The notes: generated by a model not told the origin, from the sequence alone. Shown: positions 18,830 through 28,564, counted from the stretch's first letter. The stretch is 64,000 nucleotides of DNA from an uncultured Verrucomicrobiae bacterium (GCA_963762565.1 CAVXLD010000001.1:544001-608000), one strand, 5' to 3'. Made by a program: numbers and translations.

Positions 18830-20965
18830 TCAGCGATTTTTTGACGGTTCAGGCTTGGTGTTATCCCACATAAACGCCATTACATCGGCAGCTTCGTCGA
18901 CCGCTTTGGCCAATGGTTTACCACCTCCATGCCCGGCCTTGGTATCAATCCTGATCAAGACCGGATTATCGCATCCCTGAGCTGCTTGTAAGGTTGCGGC
19001 GAACTTGAAGGAATGTCCCGGCACGACTCGATCATCATGGTCGGCAGTCGTAATTAAAGTCGGCGGATAGCAGGTTCCCGGATGGACGTTGTGTAACGGA
19101 GAGTACTTAATCAAATATTTGAAATCTTCGGGATTGTCGGAACTGCCGTAATCCGAGATCCATCCGTAACCGACGGTAAACTTCTGAAACCGCAGCATAT
19201 CAAGGACGCCAACCCCTGGCACAGCCGCGCCAAACAGATCAGGTCGTTGGGTCATGCAGGCGCCGATTAAGAGACCACCGTTTGATTTCCCGGTAATACT
19301 AAGCTGTTTCGAGGTCGTGTACTTCAGCTTAACGAGCGTTTCCGCCGCCGCGATGAAATCGTCAAACACGTTTTGTTTGCGTTCTCGGGTCCCTGCTTCG
19401 TGCCATTCCCTTCCGTACTCACCGCCTCCCCGCATATTGGGTTGGGCAAAGATACCGCCCTTTTGTACCCAAGCGAGATAGCCCGCGGAGAATAGCGGTT
19501 TCATGGAGACGTCGAATCCACCATAGCCAGTCAGGTACACCTGGTTATTGCCGTCGAGCCGGCTGTCTTTACGCCGGACAATGAACATCGGGACACGAGT
19601 TCCGTCTTTGGAGTGATAGAAGATTTGCTCCGTCACGTAATCGTCCGCGTTAATATCGAGAGACGGCTTTTTGAATACCGCTCCTTTGCCGGTTTCAACA
19701 TCGTAGCTGAAGATTGTGGCTGGATAGAGAAACGAGGTAAACGCGTAGAACAGCTCCGGTCGATCTTGATCGCCGCTGATACTATTAATAGAGCCCAGCC
19801 CCGGCAACGGGACCTCAGCCGTTGCCTGGCCGTCGAGTGAAACCACCTTCAGCTGGTTCCTGGCGTCGACCAAGTAGTTCAATACCAGCTTTCCGCCAAC
19901 GATCCCAGCGTCTTCCAAGAGATCTTTAGCGCCCGGAACCACCTCATCAGCCTGATTCGCTTCATGCTTGGTTAAATCGATGGAAATGACTCGGCAGGTC
20001 GGAGCATCCTTGTCAGTTCTCAGAAATAGTCGTCCCCCAACCACCGCGATCGGCCAATACTTGGCATCGAACCGATCAAAAACCGGCTGCGCCGCTCCGT
20101 CCAATTTAGGCTGGCCGGTTTCGCCAAGGTCTTTCACATAGATCGCGTTCTTATTCTCTTGGTTCTGGGAAACATCGATAATCAGGTAGCGGCTATCTTT
20201 GGAGGTAGATGCCGAAAGGAACCATTGAGGCGCGTCTGTTCTTTGGTAGACCAGCACATCCTCGCTCTGCGGATGACCTAGTCGGTGATAATAGATGGCC
20301 GGGGCGCCCAGTTTAGCCAACTTCTGGTCGGTCTCATTATCCGGCTGCGGGTAACGGGTATAAAAGAACCCTGAATTGTCTTTCGACCAACCCAGATCGG
20401 AAAACTTCACCCATTTGATCACGTCGGGAAGCTCTTGTCCTGAGTCGAGATCCTTTACGTGAATCTCCGTCCAGTCAGAACCGCTGGCCTCTAGCCCATA
20501 AGCAAAAAATTTGCCGTCATTGCTGAGGCTTTCGATCCCAACCGAGACCGTCCCATCTTTTGAGAGTTGATTAGGGTCAAGAACGACTTGTGGTGTGTCG
20601 TCCAAGTTTTTGACGGTATAAATCACGCTCTGGTTCTGCAGACCGTCGTTCTTTTGATAAATGTAGCGGCCGCCGACCCAGTACGGAGTGCTGTAGCGTT
20701 CGTAATTCAAAAGCTTCATCATGCGTTCGTGAAAATCTTCACGGTCTGGAAGCTTCTCGAGATAAGGACGACTGAGATCGTTCTCCGCCTTAATCCAGGC
20801 AACCGATTCAGGCGAATCGCTGTTCTCGAGCCACCGATAGGGATCCGCTACCTTGGTCCCAAAGTAGTCATCGACGACATCTTGTTTCTTGGCGATGGGG
20901 TACTTCAACGCCCCACCTATCGCGATTCCCGCCATAGAAATTAGAAGCAAAAACGCTCGTAGCAT
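18830..20965 (-). CDS. Prolyl oligopeptidase (S9A), with signal peptide
   Basis: 'VADPYRWLE', 'GYGGF', 'RGGGEYG', catalytic 'GKSNGG', 'DHDDRV', 'AGHG'. Confidence 0.95.
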   Translation of the reverse strand: MLRAFLLLISMAGIAIGGALKYPIAKKQDVVDDYFGTKVADPYRWLENSDSPESVAWIKAENDLSRPYLEKLPDREDFHERMMKLLNYERYSTPYWVGGRYIYQKNDGLQNQSVIYTVKNLDDTPQVVLDPNQLSKDGTVSVGIESLSNDGKFFAYGLEASGSDWTEIHVKDLDSGQELPDVIKWVKFSDLGWSKDNSGFFYTRYPQPDNETDQKLAKLGAPAIYYHRLGHPQSEDVLVYQRTDAPQWFLSASTSKDSRYLIIDVSQNQENKNAIYVKDLGETGQPKLDGAAQPVFDRFDAKYWPIAVVGGRLFLRTDKDAPTCRVISIDLTKHEANQADEVVPGAKDLLEDAGIVGGKLVLNYLVDARNQLKVVSLDGQATAEVPLPGLGSINSISGDQDRPELFYAFTSFLYPATIFSYDVETGKGAVFKKPSLDINADDYVTEQIFYHSKDGTRVPMFIVRRKDSRLDGNNQVYLTGYGGFDVSMKPLFSAGYLAWVQKGGIFAQPNMRGGGEYGREWHEAGTRERKQNVFDDFIAAAETLVKLKYTTSKQLSITGKSNGGLLIGACMTQRPDLFGAAVPGVGVLDMLRFQKFTVGYGWISDYGSSDNPEDFKYLIKYSPLHNVHPGTCYPPTLITTADHDDRVVPGHSFKFAATLQAAQGCDNPVLIRIDTKAGHGGGKPLAKAVDEAADVMAFMWDNTKPEPSKNR

Positions 20966-20987
20966 GCGCGACACGGAAGCACTAAAA

Positions 20988-21360
20988 GTGAGAAGTGAGA
21001 AGTGAGAAGTGATTGGTGAGAGGCGTAACGGCGTGTGGGCGAAACGGCGAAAGGGCGACGCGCCGGGGTCGGTAGGGCGAAAAACTCGGCGCGCCCAAAG
21101 CCTTGTTTTTTCCCCTGACACGTCCGCGCCGGTTTTGAGCCGCGCCGTGCGGCAGGCTTGCCCATGACGCAACTCGACACAGACGCTGGATTTAGGAACA
21201 GCGATTGATGATGCCAGCCCCACGGCGCGGCTCAAATCCGGCGCGGAACCGTAATTGAAAATGGCCTATCCTCGGCGCGCCGAGATTTTCGCCCTACCGG
21301 TCCTGGCGACGCTCGCCCTATCGCCCCGTCGCCGTATCGCCCCGTCGCTACCTCTCACCG
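20988..21360. repeat. Second copy of the nested GTAG REP doublet, with GTGAGAA and GGCGA arms
   Basis: GGTAGGGCGAAAAACTCGGCGCG..CGCGCCGGTTTTGAGCC and inverted GGCTCAAATCCGGCGCG..CGCGCCGAGATTTTCGCCCTACC. Confidence 0.9.
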
Positions 21361-21416
21361 CCCCTCGGAGCTACCCCTTTACAAATGCATGAACCCACCC
21401 CATATTCTGCGCCCTT

Positions 21417-21947
21417 ATGTGGCTGTCGATTCTGATTCCGATCTTGCTCACCATATTGGTGATTGTCTGCGTCCTGCTGACATTAGTGATCCTCATGCAG
21501 AGGCCGCGCAGCGAAGGATTAGGGGCGGCATTCGGCTCAGGGATGACCGAGAACATTTTCGGCGCCCAGACCACGACTGTCCTCACTAAGGCGACGGTCT
21601 ATCTCGGCGGAACATTATTCGGGGTTACCCTTCTTATTACGATTTTGGTTGCCAGACAGAGTTCTGAGAGACGGGTCGGCCTCCTGGAAAATGAGCTAAA
21701 AAGCGCGAAACCGGCTGCGACCTCAACGGTGGCACCCAAAACGATCGCCGTCCCGAGCCCTGCGACTGCTTTGCCAAGCCCGACGGTAAACTCCTCCAGC
21801 ACTCCTGGGGCCAGCGTAACACCGGAAGCGTCCGCGTCGGCGCAGACTTCAGCAACCCCCGAAGTATCAGCGACTCCCGTGGTTTCGGCGACACCCCAAG
21901 TGACGCCTAGCCCGGTGGCATCTCCGAGCGCCACGGCCACACCGTAA
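21417..21947 (+). CDS. secG: Preprotein translocase SecG with a long S/T/P/A-rich tail
   Basis: 'VILMQRPRSEGLGAAFGSG..FGAQTTTVLTKAT'. Confidence 0.9.
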   Translation: MWLSILIPILLTILVIVCVLLTLVILMQRPRSEGLGAAFGSGMTENIFGAQTTTVLTKATVYLGGTLFGVTLLITILVARQSSERRVGLLENELKSAKPAATSTVAPKTIAVPSPATALPSPTVNSSSTPGASVTPEASASAQTSATPEVSATPVVSATPQVTPSPVASPSATATP

Positions 21948-21949
21948 CG

Positions 21950-22185
21950 AGGCGGATGGGCGTGTCGGCGTAACCGCATGCCCGGTAATTCTCAAGGGCT
22001 CGACCTTGGTGACAAATAAGACTTATGGGACCTATATGACTTATATGACGAAGGCCTTATAAGTCCCATGTGTCCTATAGAGTCCAGTCGCGCCGCAGGC
22101 TTGGCGAAGGCGGATCCCATCCGCAGTTAGCCCCAGTGGACGCCGACACGCCGATACGCCGACACGCCCACACGCCCATACGCCT
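21950..22185. repeat. Nested octamer (GGCGTGTC / CACGCCGA) and nonamer (GACYTATRN) inverted arms
   Basis: ggcggatgggcgtgtcggcg ... gacttatgggacctatatgacttata / tataagtcccatgtgtcctata ... cgccgacacgccgatacgccgacacgcccacacgcccatacgcc. Confidence 0.85.
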
Positions 22186-23773
22186 AGTGCTCCCCGTCTC
22201 AGCGATTGCCATCGCCTGCGCGCTCGCCGGCTGCGATTCGCCTGGTTCGCGCGCTGACCTTGTGGTTCTCAATGGAGCAGAACCCGAGTCGATCGATCCG
22301 GCCGAGATTACCGGTCAGCTTGATGGACGCATCGCTTACGCCCTATTCGAAGGGTTACTACATTTTGATCGTTTTGGGCATCCTCAACCTGGCATTGCGC
22401 AGTCCTGGGATATCTCGTCCGATCGCCGGACTTATACCTTTCACCTTCGGCCGGAAGCCAAATGGAGCAACGGTGATCCCGTTACAGCAGACGATTTTGT
22501 AGCTTCCTGGAGACGAGAGCTATTACCAGCGACCGCCTCAGAATATGCCTATATTTTCTATCCAATTCGGAATGCTGAAGCTTTTAACGACGGCACCGCA
22601 AAAGACTTTTCCACGGTCGGTGTTAAGGCACAGGATCGGCAGACGCTGCAGGTAGAACTGGAGAATCCGACTCCTTACTTCCTGGATCTTTGTTGTTTCT
22701 TCACCTATTTGCCGGTCCACGTGCCATCCATCCAGAAGTTCGGTGACGACTGGTTCAAGCCAGGCAACTTGGTCAGCGACGGGCCGTTCTTGCTTAAGGA
22801 ATGGAAACTGAACTATCGGATGCGGCTAAAAAAGAATCCCACTTTCTGGGATGCGAAGAACGTCCAGTTGGAGACCATCGATATTTTGCCGATCGAGAAC
22901 GCGATTACCGCGTACAACTTTTATGCCTCCAAAGTGGCGGACCTGATTCTCGACAAAGGATTAACGCCGCCTTCGCTTATCCCCGAACTAAAAGCTCGCT
23001 CCGATTTCCACGCCGCTCCATTCCTGGGCGACTATTTCATTCGATTCAACGTAACGCGTAAGCCATTTTCGGATCCTAGGGTACGACAGGCGTTTGCTAT
23101 GGTTATCGACCGGGAACGGATAGTCCGGAAAATTACTCAGGCGGGCGAACATCCTGCTTATTCGTTTACCCCGCCGGGGACTGGGGGCGATTATCAGCCG
23201 CCAAATATGTTTGGTTTGAATCCAAGCCGAGCCAGGGAACTGTTAGCGGACGCCGGTTATCCTGGGGGAAAAGGGTTCCCCCCTATTTCTTATCTCTACG
23301 ACAATAAGAAACTAAACGAAGATATTGCCGTTGAAATTCAGAGCATGCTTTCGCAGGAGCTGGGCGTCCATGTGGAGCTCGTGAAGCAAGAATGGAAGGT
23401 TTATCTCAACTCAACAAATCGCCTTGATTACGATTTTTGCCGGTCGAGTTGGATTGGCGACTATGATGACCCAAATTCGTTCCTCGAGTGTTTCGTCACG
23501 AATAGCGGCAACAATCGGACGGGCTGGAGCAACCGAACTTATGATGAGCTGCTCGACCGAGCAGCCAAAGAAGCAGATCCGCAGACTAGGTTAAGAATCC
23601 TGGCCCAGGCCGAAGACATATTGCTCAACCAAGGGACGCCTATCTGTCCGCTTTATTTTTACATGGGAATCCAGATTTACGATGGAACCAAATTCGGCGG
23701 AATTGAGCCGAACCTCCTCGATAATCATCCGTTCCGTGAGATCTATCGCGTGAGCGGAGAGAGCGCAAAGTGA
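22136..23773 (+). CDS. Oligopeptide ABC substrate-binding lipoprotein (OppA-like, family 5)
   Basis: Lipobox 'LAGC', 'EPESIDP', 'YTFHLR..AKWSNGDPVTADDF', 'WIGDYDDP'; start uncertain (22136 or 22187). Confidence 0.9.
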   Translation: MDADTPIRRHAHTPIRLVLPVSAIAIACALAGCDSPGSRADLVVLNGAEPESIDPAEITGQLDGRIAYALFEGLLHFDRFGHPQPGIAQSWDISSDRRTYTFHLRPEAKWSNGDPVTADDFVASWRRELLPATASEYAYIFYPIRNAEAFNDGTAKDFSTVGVKAQDRQTLQVELENPTPYFLDLCCFFTYLPVHVPSIQKFGDDWFKPGNLVSDGPFLLKEWKLNYRMRLKKNPTFWDAKNVQLETIDILPIENAITAYNFYASKVADLILDKGLTPPSLIPELKARSDFHAAPFLGDYFIRFNVTRKPFSDPRVRQAFAMVIDRERIVRKITQAGEHPAYSFTPPGTGGDYQPPNMFGLNPSRARELLADAGYPGGKGFPPISYLYDNKKLNEDIAVEIQSMLSQELGVHVELVKQEWKVYLNSTNRLDYDFCRSSWIGDYDDPNSFLECFVTNSGNNRTGWSNRTYDELLDRAAKEADPQTRLRILAQAEDILLNQGTPICPLYFYMGIQIYDGTKFGGIEPNLLDNHPFREIYRVSGESAK

Positions 23774-24095
23774 GAGGTGATTAGGGATTGGTGATTGGTG
23801 GGGCGAGGCTCCCGAACGTCCTAAAGGGGTTCGCAAAGGATACTGATTCTTTTCGCAGATGCGTCGCCCTGCGCCTTTACGCTCGCCGAGCCGTGCCCAG
23901 CGCACTGACCTCGTCACAACTGCCGACCACAATCGAGTCAGCAACCGAACCGCTGCAAATGACTACACCTAGCAACGCGCTGGGACCGGCTCGGCAAGCG
24001 TAATGACTCGGCACATTCATTCACCGGGGAAAACTAGCGGCCTTGCGCACCTCCCCAGTCCGTTCGGGAGCCTCGCCCCACCAAATTACTGCTTA
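23770..24095. repeat. GTGATTG arm plus a REP doublet of the GGCGAGGC..GCCGAGCC type
   Basis: GGTGGGGCGAGGCTCCCGAACG (23797) ... CGTTCGGGAGCCTCGCCCCACC (24082); inner GCCGAGCCG/CGGCTCGGC. Confidence 0.88.
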
Positions 24096-24160
24096 CCGCT
24101 TGCGTGCTAAATCGGGAATAAATAACCCCCACCTGAAGTCATATCGGTTGAAGGACTTGT

Positions 24161-24709
24161 ATGAGAAACCACAATTTTTGGTACCTCGCTCCGCTGATGA
24201 CGATTATGATCGGTTCATCCGCGTTCGCGTCATCGCCGTCCAACGTGATCATCACCTTCGTTCATCCAGAACGATTCACGGATTTCAGAGCGCAGGACTG
24301 GCCGGAGCAGAGGACTGCACTTTGGTTTGCAAAAGACATGACGGCCGCGCTCGCGCCGTTAGTCGCCAACCGGGCGCCCGGGTGTAGGCTCACCTTGCAG
24401 TTCACAGACATCGACCTAGGCGGCCGTTACGAGCCTCGATTGGAGCCTAAGTTCAGTCAGATCCGCTTTTATCATAACGGCCGCGAACCGGTCCGATTGT
24501 ATTTTAATTACACCCTCACGGATCCACACGGCGGCGTTCTAGCAAGTGGCTCGGACGCAGCCACCGACGCCTTGTATTTGGATAGGTACCCGACTGAATC
24601 CATCGAGATCCGTTACGAGGAGTTCTTTTTCGAGAAACAGGTTTTGCTTTCTTGGGTCAGAACGAAAGTCAGCCCATCCACCAACACCCAGTTTATCCAA
24701 AAACGCTAA
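24161..24709 (+). CDS. DUF3016-like secreted protein
   Basis: Signal peptide, 'F.HPERFTDF', 'FTDIDLGG.YEP', 'YTLTD..G.VLASG', 'EK..L..W'. Confidence 0.8.
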   Translation: MRNHNFWYLAPLMTIMIGSSAFASSPSNVIITFVHPERFTDFRAQDWPEQRTALWFAKDMTAALAPLVANRAPGCRLTLQFTDIDLGGRYEPRLEPKFSQIRFYHNGREPVRLYFNYTLTDPHGGVLASGSDAATDALYLDRYPTESIEIRYEEFFFEKQVLLSWVRTKVSPSTNTQFIQKR

Positions 24710-24749
24710 CCAATGGTTTTGGCGACCCGAGAGTCTTTTGGGCGGGCCA

Positions 24750-24922
24750 CCGAAAGTCTTCGGGGCAGGCAGGCGGCTCTCTGAGTTGTCTAGCATCGCT
24801 GCCTGAGTAGGCCCAGCGATGCTAGATGGAAAAACGCGCACCCGCGCATTTTGAACTAACCGGGTTGGAGGCCCCGGATCGTTCTCAGATGAGCTCGCCT
24901 TGCCTGCCCCGAAGGCTTTCGG
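24750..24922. repeat. Inverted element with CCGAAAGYCTTCGGGGCAGGC termini and an inner hairpin
   Basis: ccgaaagtcttcggggcaggcaggcggctctctgag ... ctcagatgagctcgccttgcctgccccgaaggctttcgg; inner tctagcatcgctg/cagcgatgctaga. Confidence 0.85.
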
Positions 24923-24934
24923 AAGGCATCCGTA

Positions 24935-25139
24935 GGTAGGGCGAGGCTCCGGAACGTCTGAAGGGCATAGCAGGGTGAAATCGCTCTTCGCCTGCACATG
25001 GCACGCAGCGCCTGAAAGCTGCCGAGCCGTGTGTCGCGCAACCCACGGCTCGGCAACTGTTAGGCGGTGCAACCCAGGAATCAATCACCGCGCCAGCCCT
25101 TGCGAAACGTTTTCGGTTGTGCGGGAGCCTCGCCCTACC
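24935..25139. repeat. Second GGCGAGGC-type GTAG REP doublet
   Basis: GGTAGGGCGAGGCTCC..TGCCGAGCCGTG / CACGGCTCGGCA..GGAGCCTCGCCCTACC. Confidence 0.88.
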
Positions 25140-25151
25140 AGATTCTCCCCT

Positions 25152-26597
25152 ATGCTTGATCACTTTATTGGCGGCCAATGGATAAGTGGCCAAGGCCAAT
25201 CCTTTTCTTCGACTGACCCGGCAACCGCAAAAGAAGTTTTTAAAACCAGGAACGCCAATTCTTCTGAAGTGGCCGCAGCTTTCGAGTCAGCCAAAGCGGC
25301 GTTCCAAAGTTGGGCTGAATGTTCCCCGGAACAACGCTTCGAGGTTGCTCGTAAATTCGCGATTATCGTTGAGAGCCGGCGACAGGAGTTTGTAGCCGCT
25401 ATCTCTGGCGAGACTGGGAAACCGCTCTGGGAGACGAATCAAGAGGTGGATACAGTCATCAAAAAGGTCGACATCAGCATCTCGGCTTACGACAAGCGAA
25501 CCGGTTATCACGACCAGCAGACAGGCCAGGTGCGCTCAGTCTTATTGCACGCGCCGCACGGTATCGTCGCCATTCTTGGTCCGTTTAATTTCCCCGCGCA
25601 TCTGCCGAATGGGCATATCGTTCCGGCGCTAATTGCCGGTAATTGCGCTGTGTTCAAGCCAAGCGAACTAACTCCGTTAAGCGGAGCCCTGATGGCAGAC
25701 TGCTGGCGGGAAGCCGGTCTTCCGCCAGGTTGTCTGAACCTTCTGCAAGGCAATCGCTCCACCGCGGAGATCATCCTCACGCGATCGGAACTCCGCGGCG
25801 TTTTTTTTACGGGAAGCGCGGCCACTGGTGTCGCCATTCATGAGCGGTTCGCAGGGCGGCCGGAGGTAATTCTGGCTCTCGAAATGGGCGGTAATAACCC
25901 GATGGTTGTTCTGGACACGAATGACGCAGTCGTGGCCGCGCGGATAGTTGCTGTCTCGGCATTTATCAGCGCCGGTCAACGTTGTACCTGTACCCGGCGA
26001 TTGATCTTGGTCGGTGAAGAGATCTTGCCCGAGCTCATTCGCGTCACCGAAACGATCCGCGTGGGCGCTCCCAATGATCTTCCAGAGCCGTTCTTAGGGC
26101 CCGTCATCAATTCCCCGGCTGCCAACAAAGTCCTAAATGCGCAGAAAGAACTAGTAGCGACCGGAGCGAAAATCCTAGTCGAATGCCAACCGGCTAAGAA
26201 CGGAATCCCTTTTCTGAAGCCTGGCATCCTGGATGTAACCGCAGTCAGCAACCCACCAGATGACGAGATTTTTGGACCCCTGATTCAGCTGATCCGCAGA
26301 GCGGATTTTGAAACTGCGATCACTGCGGCGAACCGGACTCGCTTCGGCCTCGCGGCGGGTTTGATCGGCGGCACGGAAAAAGATTTCGAAATTTTTCGGC
26401 GCCGTGTCCGAGCGGGTATTATTAATTGGAACCGGCCGACCACCGGAGCCAGCAGTGCTGCGCCTTTCGGCGGTATCGGCCTATCCGGCAACCATCGCCC
26501 CAGCGCGTTTTATGCCGCTGACTATTGCGCCTATCCAGTTGCGACCTTGCAGAGCCAAGAGCCAGGCGCCGTCGAGTATCCAGGGCTGATGGATTAA
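25152..26597 (+). CDS. astD: Succinylglutamate-semialdehyde dehydrogenase
   Basis: 'GPFNFPAHLPNGH', 'FKPSELTP', 'LALEMGGNNP', 'SAGQRCTC', 'SGNHRPSAFYAADYCAYP'. Confidence 0.92.
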   Translation: MLDHFIGGQWISGQGQSFSSTDPATAKEVFKTRNANSSEVAAAFESAKAAFQSWAECSPEQRFEVARKFAIIVESRRQEFVAAISGETGKPLWETNQEVDTVIKKVDISISAYDKRTGYHDQQTGQVRSVLLHAPHGIVAILGPFNFPAHLPNGHIVPALIAGNCAVFKPSELTPLSGALMADCWREAGLPPGCLNLLQGNRSTAEIILTRSELRGVFFTGSAATGVAIHERFAGRPEVILALEMGGNNPMVVLDTNDAVVAARIVAVSAFISAGQRCTCTRRLILVGEEILPELIRVTETIRVGAPNDLPEPFLGPVINSPAANKVLNAQKELVATGAKILVECQPAKNGIPFLKPGILDVTAVSNPPDDEIFGPLIQLIRRADFETAITAANRTRFGLAAGLIGGTEKDFEIFRRRVRAGIINWNRPTTGASSAAPFGGIGLSGNHRPSAFYAADYCAYPVATLQSQEPGAVEYPGLMD

Positions 26598-26730
26598 GCC
26601 TGGAGAGGAGCCGCTTTGTAGTATGGCAGCTCTGCAGGATGGAGGGGAGCCGCTTTATAGGTCTCTAGCTCTATCGGTTGGCAGCAAGCGGCTCCCGGGA
26701 ACGTTTCCTGGTGTCACCATAGCGCAGCGC
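26598..26730 (+). repeat. Dispersed copy of the RAYT-flanking GGAG REP (1.5 units)
   Basis: cctggagaggagccgctttgtagtatggcagctctgcagg-atggaggggagccgc..gcggctcccgggaacg. Confidence 0.9.
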
Positions 26731-26791
26731 GTATTCCGGACCCGCTTACGAGCCGGGCCCGGGCGGGCTGATCATCTAACCGACAGGATTG

Positions 26792-27178
26792 CTACCCAGC
26801 TACATACGAACAAAACCAAATCTTGTTTCCTTCGGTGTCCAAAAAGCTGCCGACGGCATGCGTCCGGTCGTAAATCTCAACCGGATCAGAGATAACGACG
26901 CCGCGGGAACGTAATGCTTTTTCGGTTTCACGAGCATCATCAGTTTCGACCGTGATACGCGGATTTGGATTTTGCACCGGGGGCTGGTCCCAGCCCGCTT
27001 TTAGCATCAAGATGGTCTCACCAACTAAGTAGCCGACCTGCTCCTTCTCTTCATACGCGGGCGGCAGACCCAAGGTCTCAGCATAGAATTTATTCGCACG
27101 GTCAGAATCAAGCACAGAGACAGCAACGACTCTTACCCGGTGAAATTGAAGCGGTTTTGCAGTCATGTTGTTCTCCAA
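26792..27178 (-). CDS. VOC/glyoxalase family protein
   Basis: 'V.V.D.DRA.KFY.ETLGL', 'FLDTEGNKI'. Confidence 0.85.
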   Translation of the reverse strand: MENNMTAKPLQFHRVRVVAVSVLDSDRANKFYAETLGLPPAYEEKEQVGYLVGETILMLKAGWDQPPVQNPNPRITVETDDARETEKALRSRGVVISDPVEIYDRTHAVGSFLDTEGNKIWFCSYVAG

Positions 27179-27187
27179 GGTTTGCGG

Positions 27188-28564
27188 TCAGTTTGGTTTT
27201 ATGTTCTGATTAACGCGGAAGAAGTTGGTGGGATCGTATTTTTGCTTAATTTCCACTAGTCGATCGTAATTTCCCCGATAGGTGGCTTTGATCCGCTCAA
27301 TTCCTTCGTCCATCATAAAGTTTACGTACGCGCCGCCGAGCGTGTAAGGATGCACGGCCTCCCAATATCCCTTGGCCCACTTGGTGACCTCCCCCGCTTT
27401 AGCCGGGTCTGGATCGATACCGGCGATGACCATAGACCATGTCGCGTTCCGAAAACCCCAGGCTGTGTCATTTTGCCCTACGTCGTGAACGGCGCCGTCG
27501 ATAGGGTACAGATGCGTCAACGAAAGCTCGCTCGGAGCCTTCGCGGCCCATTCCAAATGCACGTCAATGGCTTTGTCGGTAAGTTCCTTTACGAAGTCAC
27601 CTTTCCAGTACCACTGAAGGCCCGTAGGCAGCAGTGGGTCGAACAGGCCCTGCAGAGCCGGGAAAGGCATTGGCCCCATCCAGTCAAGGATTGGTGTTGG
27701 CAGCTCTCGGCGAATCGGTTTGACCACCTCTTCTGCTTGGGCCGGTGGTCCGCTGTAGCAGGAGATCAAGGCACAGATTTTCTTTCCCCAAAGTTCCTTG
27801 GGAAAGGGATCCGTGGAGGGCACCGTCTTCAGCCCCAGAAACGCGCCCAGCTCTAAAGGCGCTTTCGGCAGGAACTGCCGGTACCATTGCATCACGGTCC
27901 GCGCGTCCTTTATATCCCAAAAAATCGGTCCGGCGTAAACCATGCTTACAGGATGAGCCCGGAAAACAAAGCTCGTTACAATGCCAAAATTACCACCACC
28001 ACCGCGTAGGGCCCAGAAGAGATCCTCATGGTCCGACGCATTGACGGTCGTAAAACTCCCGTCAGCCAGCAAGACATCGGCCTCGATGAGGTTGTCAATG
28101 GTCAGGCCGTATTTCCGAGTCAGATAGCCAGTCCCGCCGCCCAAGGTGAGACCTGCAATGCCAGTCGTCGAGACGATACCTGCCGGCACTGCCAACCCAA
28201 ACGCATGAGTGGCGTGATCAACGTCGCCTTGCGTGCAACCGGGTTCCACCCTGACGGTGCGGGTCGCGGGATCGACGCGGACCCCTTTCATCGGGGAGAG
28301 GTCAATGACAAGTCCTTGATCACAAACTCCCAATCCGGCACCGTTATGGCCTCCACCGCGTATCGCGACCGTTAACGCATTCTCTCGAGCAAATCCGACG
28401 GCGGTTCTTACATCCGCGATGTTGGCGCACCGGACGATCATATCCGGATGACGATCAATCATGGCATTATAGACTTTACGAGCAGTCTCGTATTCCGGGC
28501 TGGTAGGCGTGATAACGCTTCCCCGTATTGCGGCGGTTAACGCCGTAATTTTCTCTTCTTGCAT
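27188..28564 (-). CDS. FAD-binding oxidoreductase (VAO/berberine-bridge-enzyme family)
   Basis: 'RGGGHN', 'GLTLGGG', 'DLFWALRGGGGNFGIVT', 'YVNF', 'KYDPTNFF'. Confidence 0.92.
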   Translation of the reverse strand: MQEEKITALTAAIRGSVITPTSPEYETARKVYNAMIDRHPDMIVRCANIADVRTAVGFARENALTVAIRGGGHNGAGLGVCDQGLVIDLSPMKGVRVDPATRTVRVEPGCTQGDVDHATHAFGLAVPAGIVSTTGIAGLTLGGGTGYLTRKYGLTIDNLIEADVLLADGSFTTVNASDHEDLFWALRGGGGNFGIVTSFVFRAHPVSMVYAGPIFWDIKDARTVMQWYRQFLPKAPLELGAFLGLKTVPSTDPFPKELWGKKICALISCYSGPPAQAEEVVKPIRRELPTPILDWMGPMPFPALQGLFDPLLPTGLQWYWKGDFVKELTDKAIDVHLEWAAKAPSELSLTHLYPIDGAVHDVGQNDTAWGFRNATWSMVIAGIDPDPAKAGEVTKWAKGYWEAVHPYTLGGAYVNFMMDEGIERIKATYRGNYDRLVEIKQKYDPTNFFRVNQNIKPN

